A DNA stretch of 64,000 bases from an uncultured Candidatus Saccharibacteria bacterium. Lineage in GTDB: Bacteria; Patescibacteriota; Minisyncoccia; Phycocordibacterales; EsbW-18. How positions within the stretch are numbered: the first letter of the stretch is position 1; each line of letters begins with the position of its first letter. Location: assembly GCA_964447415.1 (NCBI GenBank), contig CAYUSN010000001.1, positions 33,735 to 97,734 of the forward strand, written 5' to 3'. Shown in pieces: positions 53,591 through 63,489 of this stretch. The notes beneath the pieces are model-generated. The model did no database searches and was not told where the DNA came from. It saw only the letters and a program-made list of their open reading frames with translations. A program made the translations under genes and the position numbers.

Positions 53591-55519
53591 TCAGAATTCT
53601 ATATCAAGCAATCCGCGGCCGCCTCCGGATGAGATCCATGTATCCGAGGGCGTCACGTCGTGTGTGAGTTCGGCGTCGATTTCCGTGAGAAACTGCGACG
53701 GCGCGTTTACCGACGGGGTGCCGAAAATGGTGCGGATAAGGGTATGGGTGAGATGCGCTTGTTTTTTCGCGCGGGTGAGCGCGACGTAAAATAACCGGCG
53801 TTCCTCCTCGCGTTCCTCCGGTGTTTCGCGCATTTCGCTCCGCTCGTCGGGAAACAGTCCTTCTTCAAGTCCGGTGATGAATACGTGTGCAAATTCAAGC
53901 CCTTTTGCCGCGTGGATGGTCATAAGCTTCACCGACTCCTCGTTGTTTTTGAGCGCATCCTGGTCGGATGCCAACAGCGCGTTTTCCAGAAATGAATGCA
54001 GTGCTTCATCCGATGGCAATGCGTCGTAGCGCAGTGCAATGGTTGCCAATTCGCGGACGTTATCGAGCCGCTCGTGGTCATCGTCGGTGCCCTGCGACAA
54101 ATCGTGTTCAATACCGGATTCTTTAACGACAAATTTTATGACGTCTGAGGGTTTGTGTGTGTGCGAAAAGTCGGCGATGCGTGACAGCAGGTTTCGGAAT
54201 GCGGTCACCTTCTCGCGCATTTTTGCAGGGAGCGTGTGTTCCTGTCCTGAGAGCACGCGCAGGAGCGTGGTTTTGCCGATACCGCGTGCAGGTACATTGA
54301 TGATGCGCGACACCGCGGTGGTGTTGTCCGGGTTGAGTGCCGCGACGATGTAGGAGAGTACGTCTTTCACTTCTTTGCGTTCAAAAAAACGCGTGCCGAG
54401 CATCTGGTAGGACACACGCGCATTGAGAAATGCCTCTTCAAGCGCGCGTGATTGAAAGTTTGCACGGAACAAAACCGCAATTTCCTGTGCGGGCACGCCT
54501 TCCTCGATAAGTTCCTGCGCGCGCGCCGCAACCCACTGCGCCTCGTCCGTTTCAGACGCTGCGGTGTAAATTTCTATCGGCTCCCCTGCATCTCCGGAGG
54601 TGAACAGATTTTTTTCTTTGCGTACTTCATTCTGCGCGATGGCGCGGTTTGCCGCGGTGAGAATGGTTTGTGTCGAGCGGTAATTTTCTTCAAGCGTGAC
54701 AACTTCGACATTGTGAAAATCTTCCTCGAATTTTGCCAAGTTGCGTATGTCGGCGCTGCGCCATGTGTAGATGCACTGGTCGTGATCACCTACGACACAG
54801 ATGTTTGAGTGTCCCGCGGCAAGCAGACGCGTGAGTTCATACTGCACGGTGTTGGTGTCCTGGTATTCGTCCACATGAATGTGCGACCAGCGATGTTGAT
54901 ATGCGCGCAGGATATCGGGATTTTTTTGAAGCAGTGTGAGTGTTGCAAGTAGCAAATCGTCGAAGTCGAATGCTTTTTCCTGCGCGAGCGCTTCCTGGTA
55001 GCGTTCCCACACAGGAACGGCCATACGTTCAAACGGTGTGTGTGCTTTTTCGCGGAATTCCGAAAGCAAACGCATTTCGTTTTTATTTTTTGAAATAACG
55101 GAGAGGAACGCTGACGGTGAGTGTTGTTTCGGATCCAATCCGACGTCTTTAAGGATGCGTTTGATAGTTGAGAGTGAGTCGTCGCGGTCAAAGATGGAGA
55201 AAAATTTCGGAATACCAAGCAGGCGGTGATTCTCACGGAGGATTTTGACACCAAGGGAGTGGAACGTGCCGATAAACGGCGACGGAGTCCCCGGCGGGAG
55301 CAGTTTGGCGACCCGATCGCGCATTTCCCCGGCTGCTTTGTTGGTAAACGTGATGGCGAGAATTTTTTCAGGTAGGACGCCGGAGTTGATGAGGTTGAGG
55401 ATGCGGTGCGTGATGACGCGCGTTTTGCCGGTTCCGGCGCCGGCGATGATAAGGAGCGGTCCGTCGCGGTGCTCCACCGCCTTTTTTTGTGCGGGATTGA
55501 GCCCGTCTGTGTGTGACAT
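53591..55519 (-). CDS. UvrD/PcrA/Rep-family superfamily-1 DNA helicase
   Basis: 'LIIAGAGTGKTRV' Walker A, 'HIHVDEYQDTN' Walker B, 'VFRANFQSR', and the C-terminal 'TIHAAKGLEF' motif. Confidence 0.85.
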   Translation of the reverse strand: MSHTDGLNPAQKKAVEHRDGPLLIIAGAGTGKTRVITHRILNLINSGVLPEKILAITFTNKAAGEMRDRVAKLLPPGTPSPFIGTFHSLGVKILRENHRLLGIPKFFSIFDRDDSLSTIKRILKDVGLDPKQHSPSAFLSVISKNKNEMRLLSEFREKAHTPFERMAVPVWERYQEALAQEKAFDFDDLLLATLTLLQKNPDILRAYQHRWSHIHVDEYQDTNTVQYELTRLLAAGHSNICVVGDHDQCIYTWRSADIRNLAKFEEDFHNVEVVTLEENYRSTQTILTAANRAIAQNEVRKEKNLFTSGDAGEPIEIYTAASETDEAQWVAARAQELIEEGVPAQEIAVLFRANFQSRALEEAFLNARVSYQMLGTRFFERKEVKDVLSYIVAALNPDNTTAVSRIINVPARGIGKTTLLRVLSGQEHTLPAKMREKVTAFRNLLSRIADFSHTHKPSDVIKFVVKESGIEHDLSQGTDDDHERLDNVRELATIALRYDALPSDEALHSFLENALLASDQDALKNNEESVKLMTIHAAKGLEFAHVFITGLEEGLFPDERSEMRETPEEREEERRLFYVALTRAKKQAHLTHTLIRTIFGTPSVNAPSQFLTEIDAELTHDVTPSDTWISSGGGRGLLDIEF

Positions 55520-55682
55520 AGTGAAAACACATCATAGCACGGGCGGTTTTTTGCATTTTTGAAGGCAAGGATGAAACAAAACAACCTTTTTATTTTTTGT
55601 CAATCTACAAAACATTACGTTCATCTGTCTTTCACAATGAAAACATCTTCGTTGTCAATAGTTTGGCGGTGTCAGAAAACAC

Positions 55683-55710
55683 AAAAAACGGCTCTACAGA
55701 GCCGTTTTTG
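55683..55710. terminator. orphan bidirectional stem-loop with flanking A-run and T-run inside a divergent intergenic region
   Basis: aaaaAACGGCTCT-aca-GAGCCGTTtttt. Confidence 0.5.
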
Positions 55711-55719
55711 ACATATCCC

Positions 55720-55860
55720 CTACGCTCGGAGTAGTCCACTTCTTTATTGCCCCTTTATCACCTGGGACGTAGAATTAAAGACGTTCCGAAACGAGAGAGT
55801 AAGCGCCCCTCCCCAAAAGAGAGGGGTCCACGCTTGAGACGGCGGCATTACAACCTAAAA
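55720..55860. ncRNA. candidate structured element (riboswitch or sRNA?) upstream of the LysM-M23 peptidase gene
   Basis: Three consecutive hairpins: CTAC-gctcgga-GTAG, GGGACGT-agaattaaag-ACGTTCC, CCCCTC-cccaaaaga-GAGGGG. Confidence 0.25.
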
Positions 55861-55921
55861 AAGGCATATAATACCTTCATATCGGGAAATCGGTTCCTCC
55901 ACTGCCCTTTTTGCGGGCCGG

Positions 55922-56929
55922 ATGAAAGATAAGATTCTCGCGAAACGCTTCTGGAAGCACGTTCTTTTTCGTTTCGCGGTCTCGGTGTTGCCCTTCGTCT
56001 CGTACGGCGGGCTTCTTGGTATGTACGGCGCGCTGCCCTCAGTCGGCGCCCAGGAGGAGTTCCCAAACGTACACCTAACCTCAATTTCTATGCCGCTGTT
56101 GCAGAGCACCGGAAACCCGAACCCGAAGCTTGCCGTTGCCTCACCTTCCAACATCGTTGCCGGTGTTGCGCTGGCGTCAGATAGCAATCCAATGGCCGAT
56201 GAAGCGCGAAAAGCGTCCTCGGACCAGATTTCCGTGTACGTTGTCCGTGAGGGTGACACGCTTTCTCAGATTGCCGACATGTTTGAAGTTTCAATCAACA
56301 CTATCCGCTGGGCCAATGACATGACCGGAAAATCAACAATCCGCCCCGGTCAGACGCTCGTGATTTTGCCCGTGACCGGCATCCGGCACGTGGTGAAGAA
56401 AGGCGACACCATCAAGAGTATTGCCAAAAAGTATAAGGGTGATGTGGGTGAGATTCTCTCCTACAACGGTTTCGAAGAGGACGTGCAGCTGACAATCGGA
56501 CAGGAGGTCATTGTGCCTGACGGAGAAATTGCCGCGCCGACAAGTAGTGGAGGCGGTGCACCGCGCTCATACGCCGGTCCGTCGTACGCCGGATACTACC
56601 TGCGCCCGGTTAACGGTACTCGTTCGCAGGGGTTGCATGGACACAACGGTGTTGATATTGCGGCACCTGCCGGATCGCCGATTTACGCAGCGGCGGCGGG
56701 AGAGGTTATCATCGCAAGCACGGGAGGATGGAACGGAGGGTACGGAAATTATGTCGTCGTGAAGCATAGCAACGGCACGCAGACGCTCTATGCGCACAAT
56801 TCAAGTAACGCGGTATCGGCAGGTCAGACGGTAGCGCAGGGAGATGTTATCGGGTACGTGGGGTCCACGGGACGCTCAACGGGATCACACGTGCACTTTG
56901 AAGTCCGTGGTGCGGCGAATCCGTTCTAG
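55922..56929 (+). CDS. LysM-domain (x2) + M23-family metallopeptidase (cell-wall hydrolase)
   Basis: Two 'Y.VR.GDTL..IA' LysM repeats; 'HNGVDIAAPAGSPIYAAAAGEV', 'GNYVVVKH', 'YAHNS', 'TGRSTGSHVHFEV' M23 motifs. Confidence 0.85.
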   Translation: MKDKILAKRFWKHVLFRFAVSVLPFVSYGGLLGMYGALPSVGAQEEFPNVHLTSISMPLLQSTGNPNPKLAVASPSNIVAGVALASDSNPMADEARKASSDQISVYVVREGDTLSQIADMFEVSINTIRWANDMTGKSTIRPGQTLVILPVTGIRHVVKKGDTIKSIAKKYKGDVGEILSYNGFEEDVQLTIGQEVIVPDGEIAAPTSSGGGAPRSYAGPSYAGYYLRPVNGTRSQGLHGHNGVDIAAPAGSPIYAAAAGEVIIASTGGWNGGYGNYVVVKHSNGTQTLYAHNSSNAVSAGQTVAQGDVIGYVGSTGRSTGSHVHFEVRGAANPF

Positions 56930-56991
56930 GAAAGGGCCGGTAGCATGTGGGGACACACGCTACGGGTTTTGATCTAGAAATGTCCAAACCT

Positions 56992-57018
56992 CAAAAAACA
57001 CCCTCACGGGTGTTTTTT
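56992..57018. terminator. bidirectional intrinsic terminator between the M23 peptidase gene and the comM remnant
   Basis: aaaaaACACCC-tcac-GGGTGTtttttg. Confidence 0.55.
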
Positions 57019-57035
57019 GCCTGAGGGGTGTTTTG

Positions 57036-57660
57036 TTATGCGAGCAATACTTTCGGGCGGTACTGGAGCGCTTCAAGAATATGCGGTGTGCCCACATCTT
57101 CGGCGTTTTCCAAATCGGCAATCGTGCGTGCAATTTTTATGACGCGGTGATAGCCGCGGGCGGAAAGCTCAAGCGCCCCCGCTGATTCATTGAGAAGCGT
57201 GCGTGTCTGCGTATCAAGCGGAACGAATGTGTCGAGGTCGCGCACCGACATCTCGCTGTTCTTCTTTTTTCCTGTGTCGCGCAGTCGTATCTCCTGTATG
57301 GCGCGCGCACGGATAACACGTGCGCGTATGTCTTCGCTCGTTTCTCCCGACGGTGCGCGTGACAGGGCTTCGTGTGCAACAGGCGCAACTTCCGTCCACA
57401 AATCAATACGATCCATCACAGGACCCGACATTTTTCGCTGGTATCGCGAAAGTATGTGCGGAGAACAGGTGCACGCACGAGCACTTCCCCACTTTCCGCA
57501 CGGACACGGATTAAATGCAACGACGGTAAGCGCGTCTGCGGGAAACAGCGCTGAACCTTTTGCGCGCGAAACCGAGACAATACGTTCTTCAAGCGGCTGA
57601 CGGAGCGCTTCGATAACACGACGGTCAAATTCGGGAAATTCGTCCAGTATTTCTGTCCCA
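57036..57660 (-). pseudogene. comM: comM/yifB (Mg-chelatase-like AAA+ competence protein) 3' fragment: Walker B through C-terminus only; the N-terminal ~285 aa are replaced by inserted AT-rich DNA
   Basis: 'GTEILDEFPEFDRRVIEALRQPLEE...AFNPCPCG...GPVMDRIDL...YHRVIKIARTIADL' matches the ComM C-terminal half; the tracked ORF's first ~30 aa derive from the AT-rich insert. Confidence 0.7.
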
Positions 57661-57701
57661 CAAACCTTTAGAAAAGATGTCAAAAAAGGTAAAATTACCC
57701 C

Positions 57702-59363
57702 ATGACAACCCATCCCCACGATGAAGCAGAAAGCCAACGAGCTAAACACACGAGCGACATTTTGGGGTCTAAATCCGAGAAAATTGTTGTAGTTGCTGGG
57801 CCTGGAACAGGTAAAACTTTCCTTTTCAGTAAAATCCTTGAGGGCAAAACAGGAGGCAACACACTGACCCTCTCCTTCATAAATGCCCTCGTAGATGATT
57901 TGTCCCTCGGCTTATGTGGTCTTTCAGAAGTAAAGACCTTGCATGGATTCTCGATGTCTACCTTAAATGGAGCTGGCAAGACAAAGATTAAGATTTTTCC
58001 AAAACTTTGTGAGGTCATTAAAAAAGACGCAGAAATGCTCTTAGGAAAGAAAGTGGATTTTGAAAAAATGTTCCAAACAGGAGAAGCAGACGAAGATCTT
58101 ATTACCTTTTACAAAAAAAGAAAAGACTCATATGGCTCTTTTTATGGATTCTCAGACGCTGTTTATGCAGTTGTGAAGTATATGGAAGCGTACCCAGATA
58201 AGATTCCTGCCTTTGCTCAGATTGTTGTCGATGAATTCCAGGATTTCAATAAGATAGAAGTAAGCCTTATTGAACTACTTGCCTCAAAGAGTCCAATTGT
58301 GATTGCTGGGGATGATGACCAGTCTTTATATGTCGATTTAAAGAGTGCTAGTCCAGAATTTATTAGGGAGATTCATGGGCCAAAGCGTCCTGAGTATGAA
58401 TCTTTTAATTTGCCTTTTTGCTCTCGTTCTACGCAGGTAATCGTAGAAGCAATAAACGATGTAACGAGCAAAGCAAAAGAGAATGGCCTGTTGGATGGAC
58501 GGGTCGAGAAACCATATCAATACTTCACTTGTAAGGATAAAGATAAGGAAAGCACAGCAAATCCAAAAATAGTTCACGCACAGGTATTTGAAAAAGCCGT
58601 GCCGCAGTTCATTCAAAGCGAAATGTGCGAAATTGCAAAAACCGAGCGCAAGAAAGTAAGTGTCCTGGTCATTATCCCTCCCCAACTTAAGAGTCGTTTA
58701 TTACCTTACTACTCGAAGAAGCTCAAAGAGAAAGGATTTAAAAATATTGCCAGTGTTGATTCATCTTCAAATAAGGGATTAACACTCATGGATGCTCTCC
58801 ATCTCTTATTAGATGATAATAAATGTGAACTCGCTTGGCGCATCGTTGCACAGACTCTACTAGACGAAAAAGACTTCAAGACCCTATTAGAAACAACGAA
58901 TAGTGGTAAAAAAGTATCAGAACTTCTATCAAAAGATATAAAAAAGCAGGTAAATGAGTATGTGCAGTGCCTTAAAAAGATTCGTGACGAAAAGGAATGC
59001 GATACCGAGAAACTTGACGAACTATTTAAAGCAATAGGGATTGACCCACTTCAAATCGCATCCGAAAAAATCAAAGAAGAAATTCAAAGTAAGGATTGGA
59101 ACGGAACCAGCAGGAGAGAAATTAAAGAAATGGATATTGCAGTGACTACAATACCTAGTTCAAAAGGACTAGCGGCAGATTATGTTTTTATTACCCACTT
59201 TGACCAACCTTACTTTTCTCAAAAAGGAAAAGTGACTGATGGAGATGTATATAACTTCCTGGTCGCGCTCACTCGCGCTCGTAAGAAGGCATATTTGATT
59301 TCTACTCAAGAGAAGAATCGCCCCACAATCTTGGATTGGATAGATAAAGACCGTATCCAATAG
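57702..59363 (+). CDS. UvrD-like SF1 helicase (compact, 553 aa) carried on the inserted element
   Basis: 'VVVAGPGTGKTFL' Walker A, 'IVVDEFQDFN' Walker B, and the C-terminal 'SSKGLAADYVFI' motif VI-like. Confidence 0.7.
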   Translation: MTTHPHDEAESQRAKHTSDILGSKSEKIVVVAGPGTGKTFLFSKILEGKTGGNTLTLSFINALVDDLSLGLCGLSEVKTLHGFSMSTLNGAGKTKIKIFPKLCEVIKKDAEMLLGKKVDFEKMFQTGEADEDLITFYKKRKDSYGSFYGFSDAVYAVVKYMEAYPDKIPAFAQIVVDEFQDFNKIEVSLIELLASKSPIVIAGDDDQSLYVDLKSASPEFIREIHGPKRPEYESFNLPFCSRSTQVIVEAINDVTSKAKENGLLDGRVEKPYQYFTCKDKDKESTANPKIVHAQVFEKAVPQFIQSEMCEIAKTERKKVSVLVIIPPQLKSRLLPYYSKKLKEKGFKNIASVDSSSNKGLTLMDALHLLLDDNKCELAWRIVAQTLLDEKDFKTLLETTNSGKKVSELLSKDIKKQVNEYVQCLKKIRDEKECDTEKLDELFKAIGIDPLQIASEKIKEEIQSKDWNGTSRREIKEMDIAVTTIPSSKGLAADYVFITHFDQPYFSQKGKVTDGDVYNFLVALTRARKKAYLISTQEKNRPTILDWIDKDRIQ

Positions 59364-59401
59364 ATTCCCCAGTATCGTCCCTCTGAGAGTGTTGTGGGAA
59401 C

Positions 59402-61154
59402 TTACACACCTCCTTTTGTGTGGTACATGCCTGGATTAGCAACAAGTAAATCACGGCTTCGCTCGTGCTGGCTCAATGTTTTGATGTGCAAAATAAGTCT
59501 CATGTTGTCCTGCTGTGAAACAGGCTCGATGTGTTTATCACTCATTACACGTGTCGAAACGGGAAACCTAAAGAATACCTCTGCATAGTTCTTCTTAGGG
59601 AATAGGTTAATCCTCTCAATGAACAGACGGAGTATGTATTGCTTGTCCTCGTAGCTGACATTTTCCAGTCTCGTCTTGATTTGCTCATACAATTTTTTAA
59701 GCACGACCCCTCTGTCTTTCCGTTCGTCACGTTTAATGAGTACCTGTTCAAATTTAGCTTTCTGATTCTCCATTGCTTCAATGTTCTCGTTACACTCCCT
59801 CAAGTGTTGTTCACACTCTTTCTCTGGAAGACTCTTAAACATGAAAGCTCTGGTAATCCGAGCACGTTGTTCTAGGAGTGATTTGATTTGCTTTTCACAC
59901 TGAGCAATCTTCTCCTTTGCCTTGTCTGCATTTGAATTCTTGAATGTGTACTCTTCCAGTTTTGGTATCACATTCTCAGGGTCTTTAAGTATGGAAACGA
60001 GACACTCCCAAATCGGCTCGAGTCGTGTCTCGGCGTACTGGTATCGCACAAATTTATTCTCTGGATTATTCGCGTTCTCTAACATATGTGTGATAGTACT
60101 TTCCTAGTGTTCGTGAATCCTTTCCAATTTTTGGGGTTTGATACCCACTCTGCAACTTGTTACCTGTCTCTCCACAATAAAGGAGTGTTGAATACAGGTA
60201 TGGTCTCTTGGTGTTTCGCTTTGAGTTCTCTCGATTCTTTTTGAGTTGTTGGATTGAAGCCTGAAACATCTCCTTGCTAATAATCTGCGGAACTTTAATC
60301 GGTATCCACTCTTCCTCTGGTCTCTGATGTTCTTCTTCCAGTACAGCGTCAAGATACTTAAATGGCCTCTTGTACTTTCTGTAGTAGAAGTCGCCCGTGT
60401 ATACCTCGTTAACTAACAGCCGATTTATGCTCCGCTTCCACCAGTAGTTAAACGTCTTTCGTTTCTTCTGTGTGTTGTGCTTCGGAGCTGGCATTTCCAA
60501 TTGGTTTGCTCGCTTTGTGATTTCAGTGAGTGAGCAACGCTCGTACACAAGCCAGTGATAGAACTGCTTCACGACCTCAGCTTCCTCTGGGATGATGTGT
60601 AGTTGCTTTGTTTTCTTATCTACCTTGTAGCCATAGGGAGGAACTCCTGTGACCCACTTGTTGTCTCGTGCGGCCTGTTCACGTCCTCCACTCATTCGTT
60701 CCCTAATAACTTCTCGTTCAAGCTCCGCTAGGCTTCCCAGCATTTGAAGAACAAACCTACCGTTTGGGGTACTGGTATCGAATGATTCAGTACATGACTT
60801 AAATTCAATGCCCAACTCAAGAAGTTTCTCTACGGCGTCCAGAAGCTTTCTCGTGCTTCTAAAGAATCTGTCGAGACGATAGACGATGACGATATCGAAT
60901 TTCTTAGCTTTTGCATCCTCGAACAACTGCTTCAATCCCTCACGTTTCTCGATAGCAAGTGAACCTGACTTTCCCTCGTCTCCATAAGTGAGTATCGTTT
61001 CGTTGTCATAGATATCTGGCTGGCTCTCGCAGAACTTTTGTAGTCGTTCTTTTTGTACCTTGATTCCATACTTGTCGTCCTTTGCCTGCTCATCAGTAGA
61101 GACTCGCGTGTATAGTGCAACCCTCTTCTTTTGTATTTTTAATTCACTTTGCAT
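59402..61154 (-). pseudogene. large serine recombinase split by a frameshift (ORFs 61154-60066 and 60085-59402) with degenerate Zn-ribbon ligands
   Basis: N-terminal 'VALYTRVSTDEQ' resolvase domain + recombinase domain; the Zn ribbon reads CGETG...YYHT (Cys lost); the coiled-coil tail continues in another frame with a 20-nt overlap. Confidence 0.55.
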
Positions 61155-61576
61155 GGCTTTTTGTTTCCACGTTCAAACTCCACTAAGAGCCGGCCCGCGA
61201 CCTCAGTGAATTTGCCGACCATGTCTAATGTTTCTGTTGCCGACATCAAAACCACGTTATGGTTTTGTAATATCTCCATGAGCTTACACATCTGTTGAGT
61301 ATCACGATAGATTCTGTCCAACCTGTAGACTGCTAGGATGTCGAACTTTCCTTGCCCAATATCTTTTAGGAGTCGATTTAGTGCAGGTCTATGTGTTGCA
61401 GGTAGAGAACCTGAATATGCCCGGTCTACATATGTGTTTTCTTCTTTGACCTGTAAGTTTTGCGCTTCACAGGATTCAAGAACAGTTGCCTTTTGGACAT
61501 CCACTCCGTTGCGTTGCCAATCGGTAGACGTTCGTAGGTATATAGCTACTCTCTTGTTCGTTTGTTCTTTTTTCAT
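61139..61576 (-). CDS. small serine recombinase (resolvase catalytic domain only, no HTH)
   Basis: 145 aa; 'VAIYLRTSTDWQ...', 'ILAVYRLDRIYRD', 'GVVLMSATE'. Confidence 0.75.
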   Translation of the reverse strand: MKKEQTNKRVAIYLRTSTDWQRNGVDVQKATVLESCEAQNLQVKEENTYVDRAYSGSLPATHRPALNRLLKDIGQGKFDILAVYRLDRIYRDTQQMCKLMEILQNHNVVLMSATETLDMVGKFTEVAGRLLVEFERGNKKPCKVN

Positions 61577-61722
61577 AATTTTATGTTTGTGAACCTCACT
61601 ACCAGTCGTCCGTTTTTATTTTTGACATTGAACTTCTTAGTCTTTGGAAACCCTGCATTATTGAGCAGGTCTCGTACAAAGCTTTCTGGGGTGAATTTCT
61701 TAGTTTTGGTTTGTTTTTTCAT
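61573..61722 (-). CDS. 49-aa lysine-rich basic protein, stop overlapping the resolvase ATG (ATGA); candidate recombination directionality factor or DNA-binding accessory protein
   Basis: MKKQTKTKKFTPESFVRDLLNNAGFPKTKKFNVKNKNGRLVVRFTNIKL; not in the ORF track (<60 aa). Confidence 0.4.
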   Translation of the reverse strand: MKKQTKTKKFTPESFVRDLLNNAGFPKTKKFNVKNKNGRLVVRFTNIKL

Positions 61723-62037
61723 ATTCCTATAAAATGGCTTAGGTAAGCCGTTTATAGGACATATTAGATAAGGTAGTTACAACTATGTACAGGTGTCCTG
61801 TCTATAAGCCCTTCTGTGATTCGCGCGCGTAGTTTTCAATTTCTCCTTCTGGAAGGAAAAACAAACTATCTGCTACATGGCTCATTTCAAACTACATTTC
61901 CAGCAAACAAACCATTTTGTAATTTATTTTTTGTTAATAATCTATCTATTGTCTGAACCACCATGAGTACACTTTTCCGCATTCTGCATGAATCAAATCT
62001 ATCCAACTTTGAATCACCATGATTCACGCAAGTGTAC

Positions 62038-62742
62038 TTATAGAGATATCCTTGGCCCTTCTTGGTCTTTCTGCCTCTGCACATATGCCACCAAGCTTGC
62101 CCACTTCCTTTCCAAATCTACTGGTGAGCCAATCACTGGTGCATACTTCTTTCCATTTGTGACTCCCACAAGAGATATCGCTTGCTCCACCATATCCACT
62201 CCATAATGCTTAATGAGTTTTTCTATTGCTCGCACCTGTCTTTTTTCTTCCTTAAACTCATCCGTCTTGTGGTGTGCAATCAACCTAAACATCTCAATCA
62301 TCCTCTCCGCCTCCGTAGTCAATGACACCTTAACGTCCTCCGCCTCGCCCTCGACCGCTTCCGCAAGGACCAAGCTAATGTCATTTGTTTTGTATTTTGA
62401 CCTGTGAACCACGATGAATCCTTTTTCTTCGAGAGCTTTTAATGCTCTTGGAACTTGTGCCTTGCTTACGCCCGCTCCCTTGTTCCTTTCCCCGATACCT
62501 GACACAAACTGGCTAATGCTAATTTTGTCCCTCGTTTTTAAGTAGCCGTATGTGTTCCGAAGAATGAAGTCCAGACACTTTTGTTCGGCTCCGCTAAGTG
62601 AATGCCACCATGACTCAAGAATTGTTGGATACTTGAAGAAGTCCCTCTTGTACTCCTTTTTGAATCCGGGGAATCTCTTATTCTGTTCATGGTTGTTATT
62701 TGTCATGCGCTCCGTTCTTGAGATCTCCTGGAAAGGGTTCAA
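62038..62742 (-). CDS. winged-HTH DNA-binding protein, putative replication-initiation/replisome-organiser-like
   Basis: 'SLSGAEQKCLDFILRNTYGY...ISISQFVSGIGERNKGAGVSKAQVPRALKALEEKGFIVV' wHTH pattern. Confidence 0.4.
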   Translation of the reverse strand: MNPFQEISRTERMTNNNHEQNKRFPGFKKEYKRDFFKYPTILESWWHSLSGAEQKCLDFILRNTYGYLKTRDKISISQFVSGIGERNKGAGVSKAQVPRALKALEEKGFIVVHRSKYKTNDISLVLAEAVEGEAEDVKVSLTTEAERMIEMFRLIAHHKTDEFKEEKRQVRAIEKLIKHYGVDMVEQAISLVGVTNGKKYAPVIGSPVDLERKWASLVAYVQRQKDQEGPRISL

Positions 62743-62900
62743 TCCAATGTTCTTTAAATGGTCTTTCTCCTCTCACTATCTGTCCGTGCATGACAGGATT
62801 CTTTCGCTCTAGCCAACGCATGAACTTGTCTTTTCTTGGCTCAATCCAACGGCTTCTCTCCAACCAGTCCTCTGGTAGTGTCTCTTTTAGTTTTCCCATG

Positions 62901-63221
62901 CTATTTCTGGTTAGAATCAATAATTGCTTTCAAGGTTTGCTTCTGAGCGTCAACCGCAAAACACTTTCGCAAATGTTCCCAATACTCTGCTTGTCTCCGC
63001 ATGGAATTTGCAATTTGCGCCATCCGAGTGTTTGCCAACAGGTAGTTGCCTTGCTCCATTTCACTGATATTGAGCTTGATAGCCCCAACCCACTTTTCTG
63101 TAACCTCACCGAGAACATCAAGTCCGTGTTGACTCTGTTCAATCAAAGTCTCTTGGTAGCACTTGTCGAACTCCACCTTTGTTGGGTCGAGCGTTATTGT
63201 TATCTTGTTCGTTTTCTCCAT
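62901..63221 (-). CDS. hypothetical protein (phage-like)
   Basis: Start taken at MEKTNKITITLD; overlaps an alternative-frame ORF 63139-63435, so there may be a frameshift. Confidence 0.3.
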   Translation of the reverse strand: MEKTNKITITLDPTKVEFDKCYQETLIEQSQHGLDVLGEVTEKWVGAIKLNISEMEQGNYLLANTRMAQIANSMRRQAEYWEHLRKCFAVDAQKQTLKAIIDSNQK

Positions 63222-63489
63222 GGCTTTGTTTGTTATGATTTTGTAATTTAACAGGGGTGTTGAGAATAAAATCAAAGAGTAACGACCACATTGTCTCGTT
63301 TTCGACAACGCCACCTTCATTTGTTTTTGCATTACACTCCCGCATGTTCCTATAAAAACAAAGCAGGATTTCCTCCGCTGGAAATTCTTTTTTTACTCCA
63401 GTGGATAAACCAAAAGACCCAGTTTTAATAAGCAAAATGAAAACACCCCTTTTGAGTGTGGTGTTAAAATATTTCGTGTTTAACTCCAG

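Noticed and set aside
55720-55860. Definitive c-di-AMP (ydaO) riboswitch call upstream of the LysM-M23 peptidase.
   Set aside because: I could not match the ydaO consensus elements by eye. It is retained only as an unclassified structured-element candidate pending a covariance-model scan.
62696-62920. 74-aa ORF overlapping the start of the rep-like gene in another frame.
   Set aside because: Possibly the 5' part of a frameshifted longer gene or a spurious ORF. There is no supporting motif, so it is not listed as a feature.
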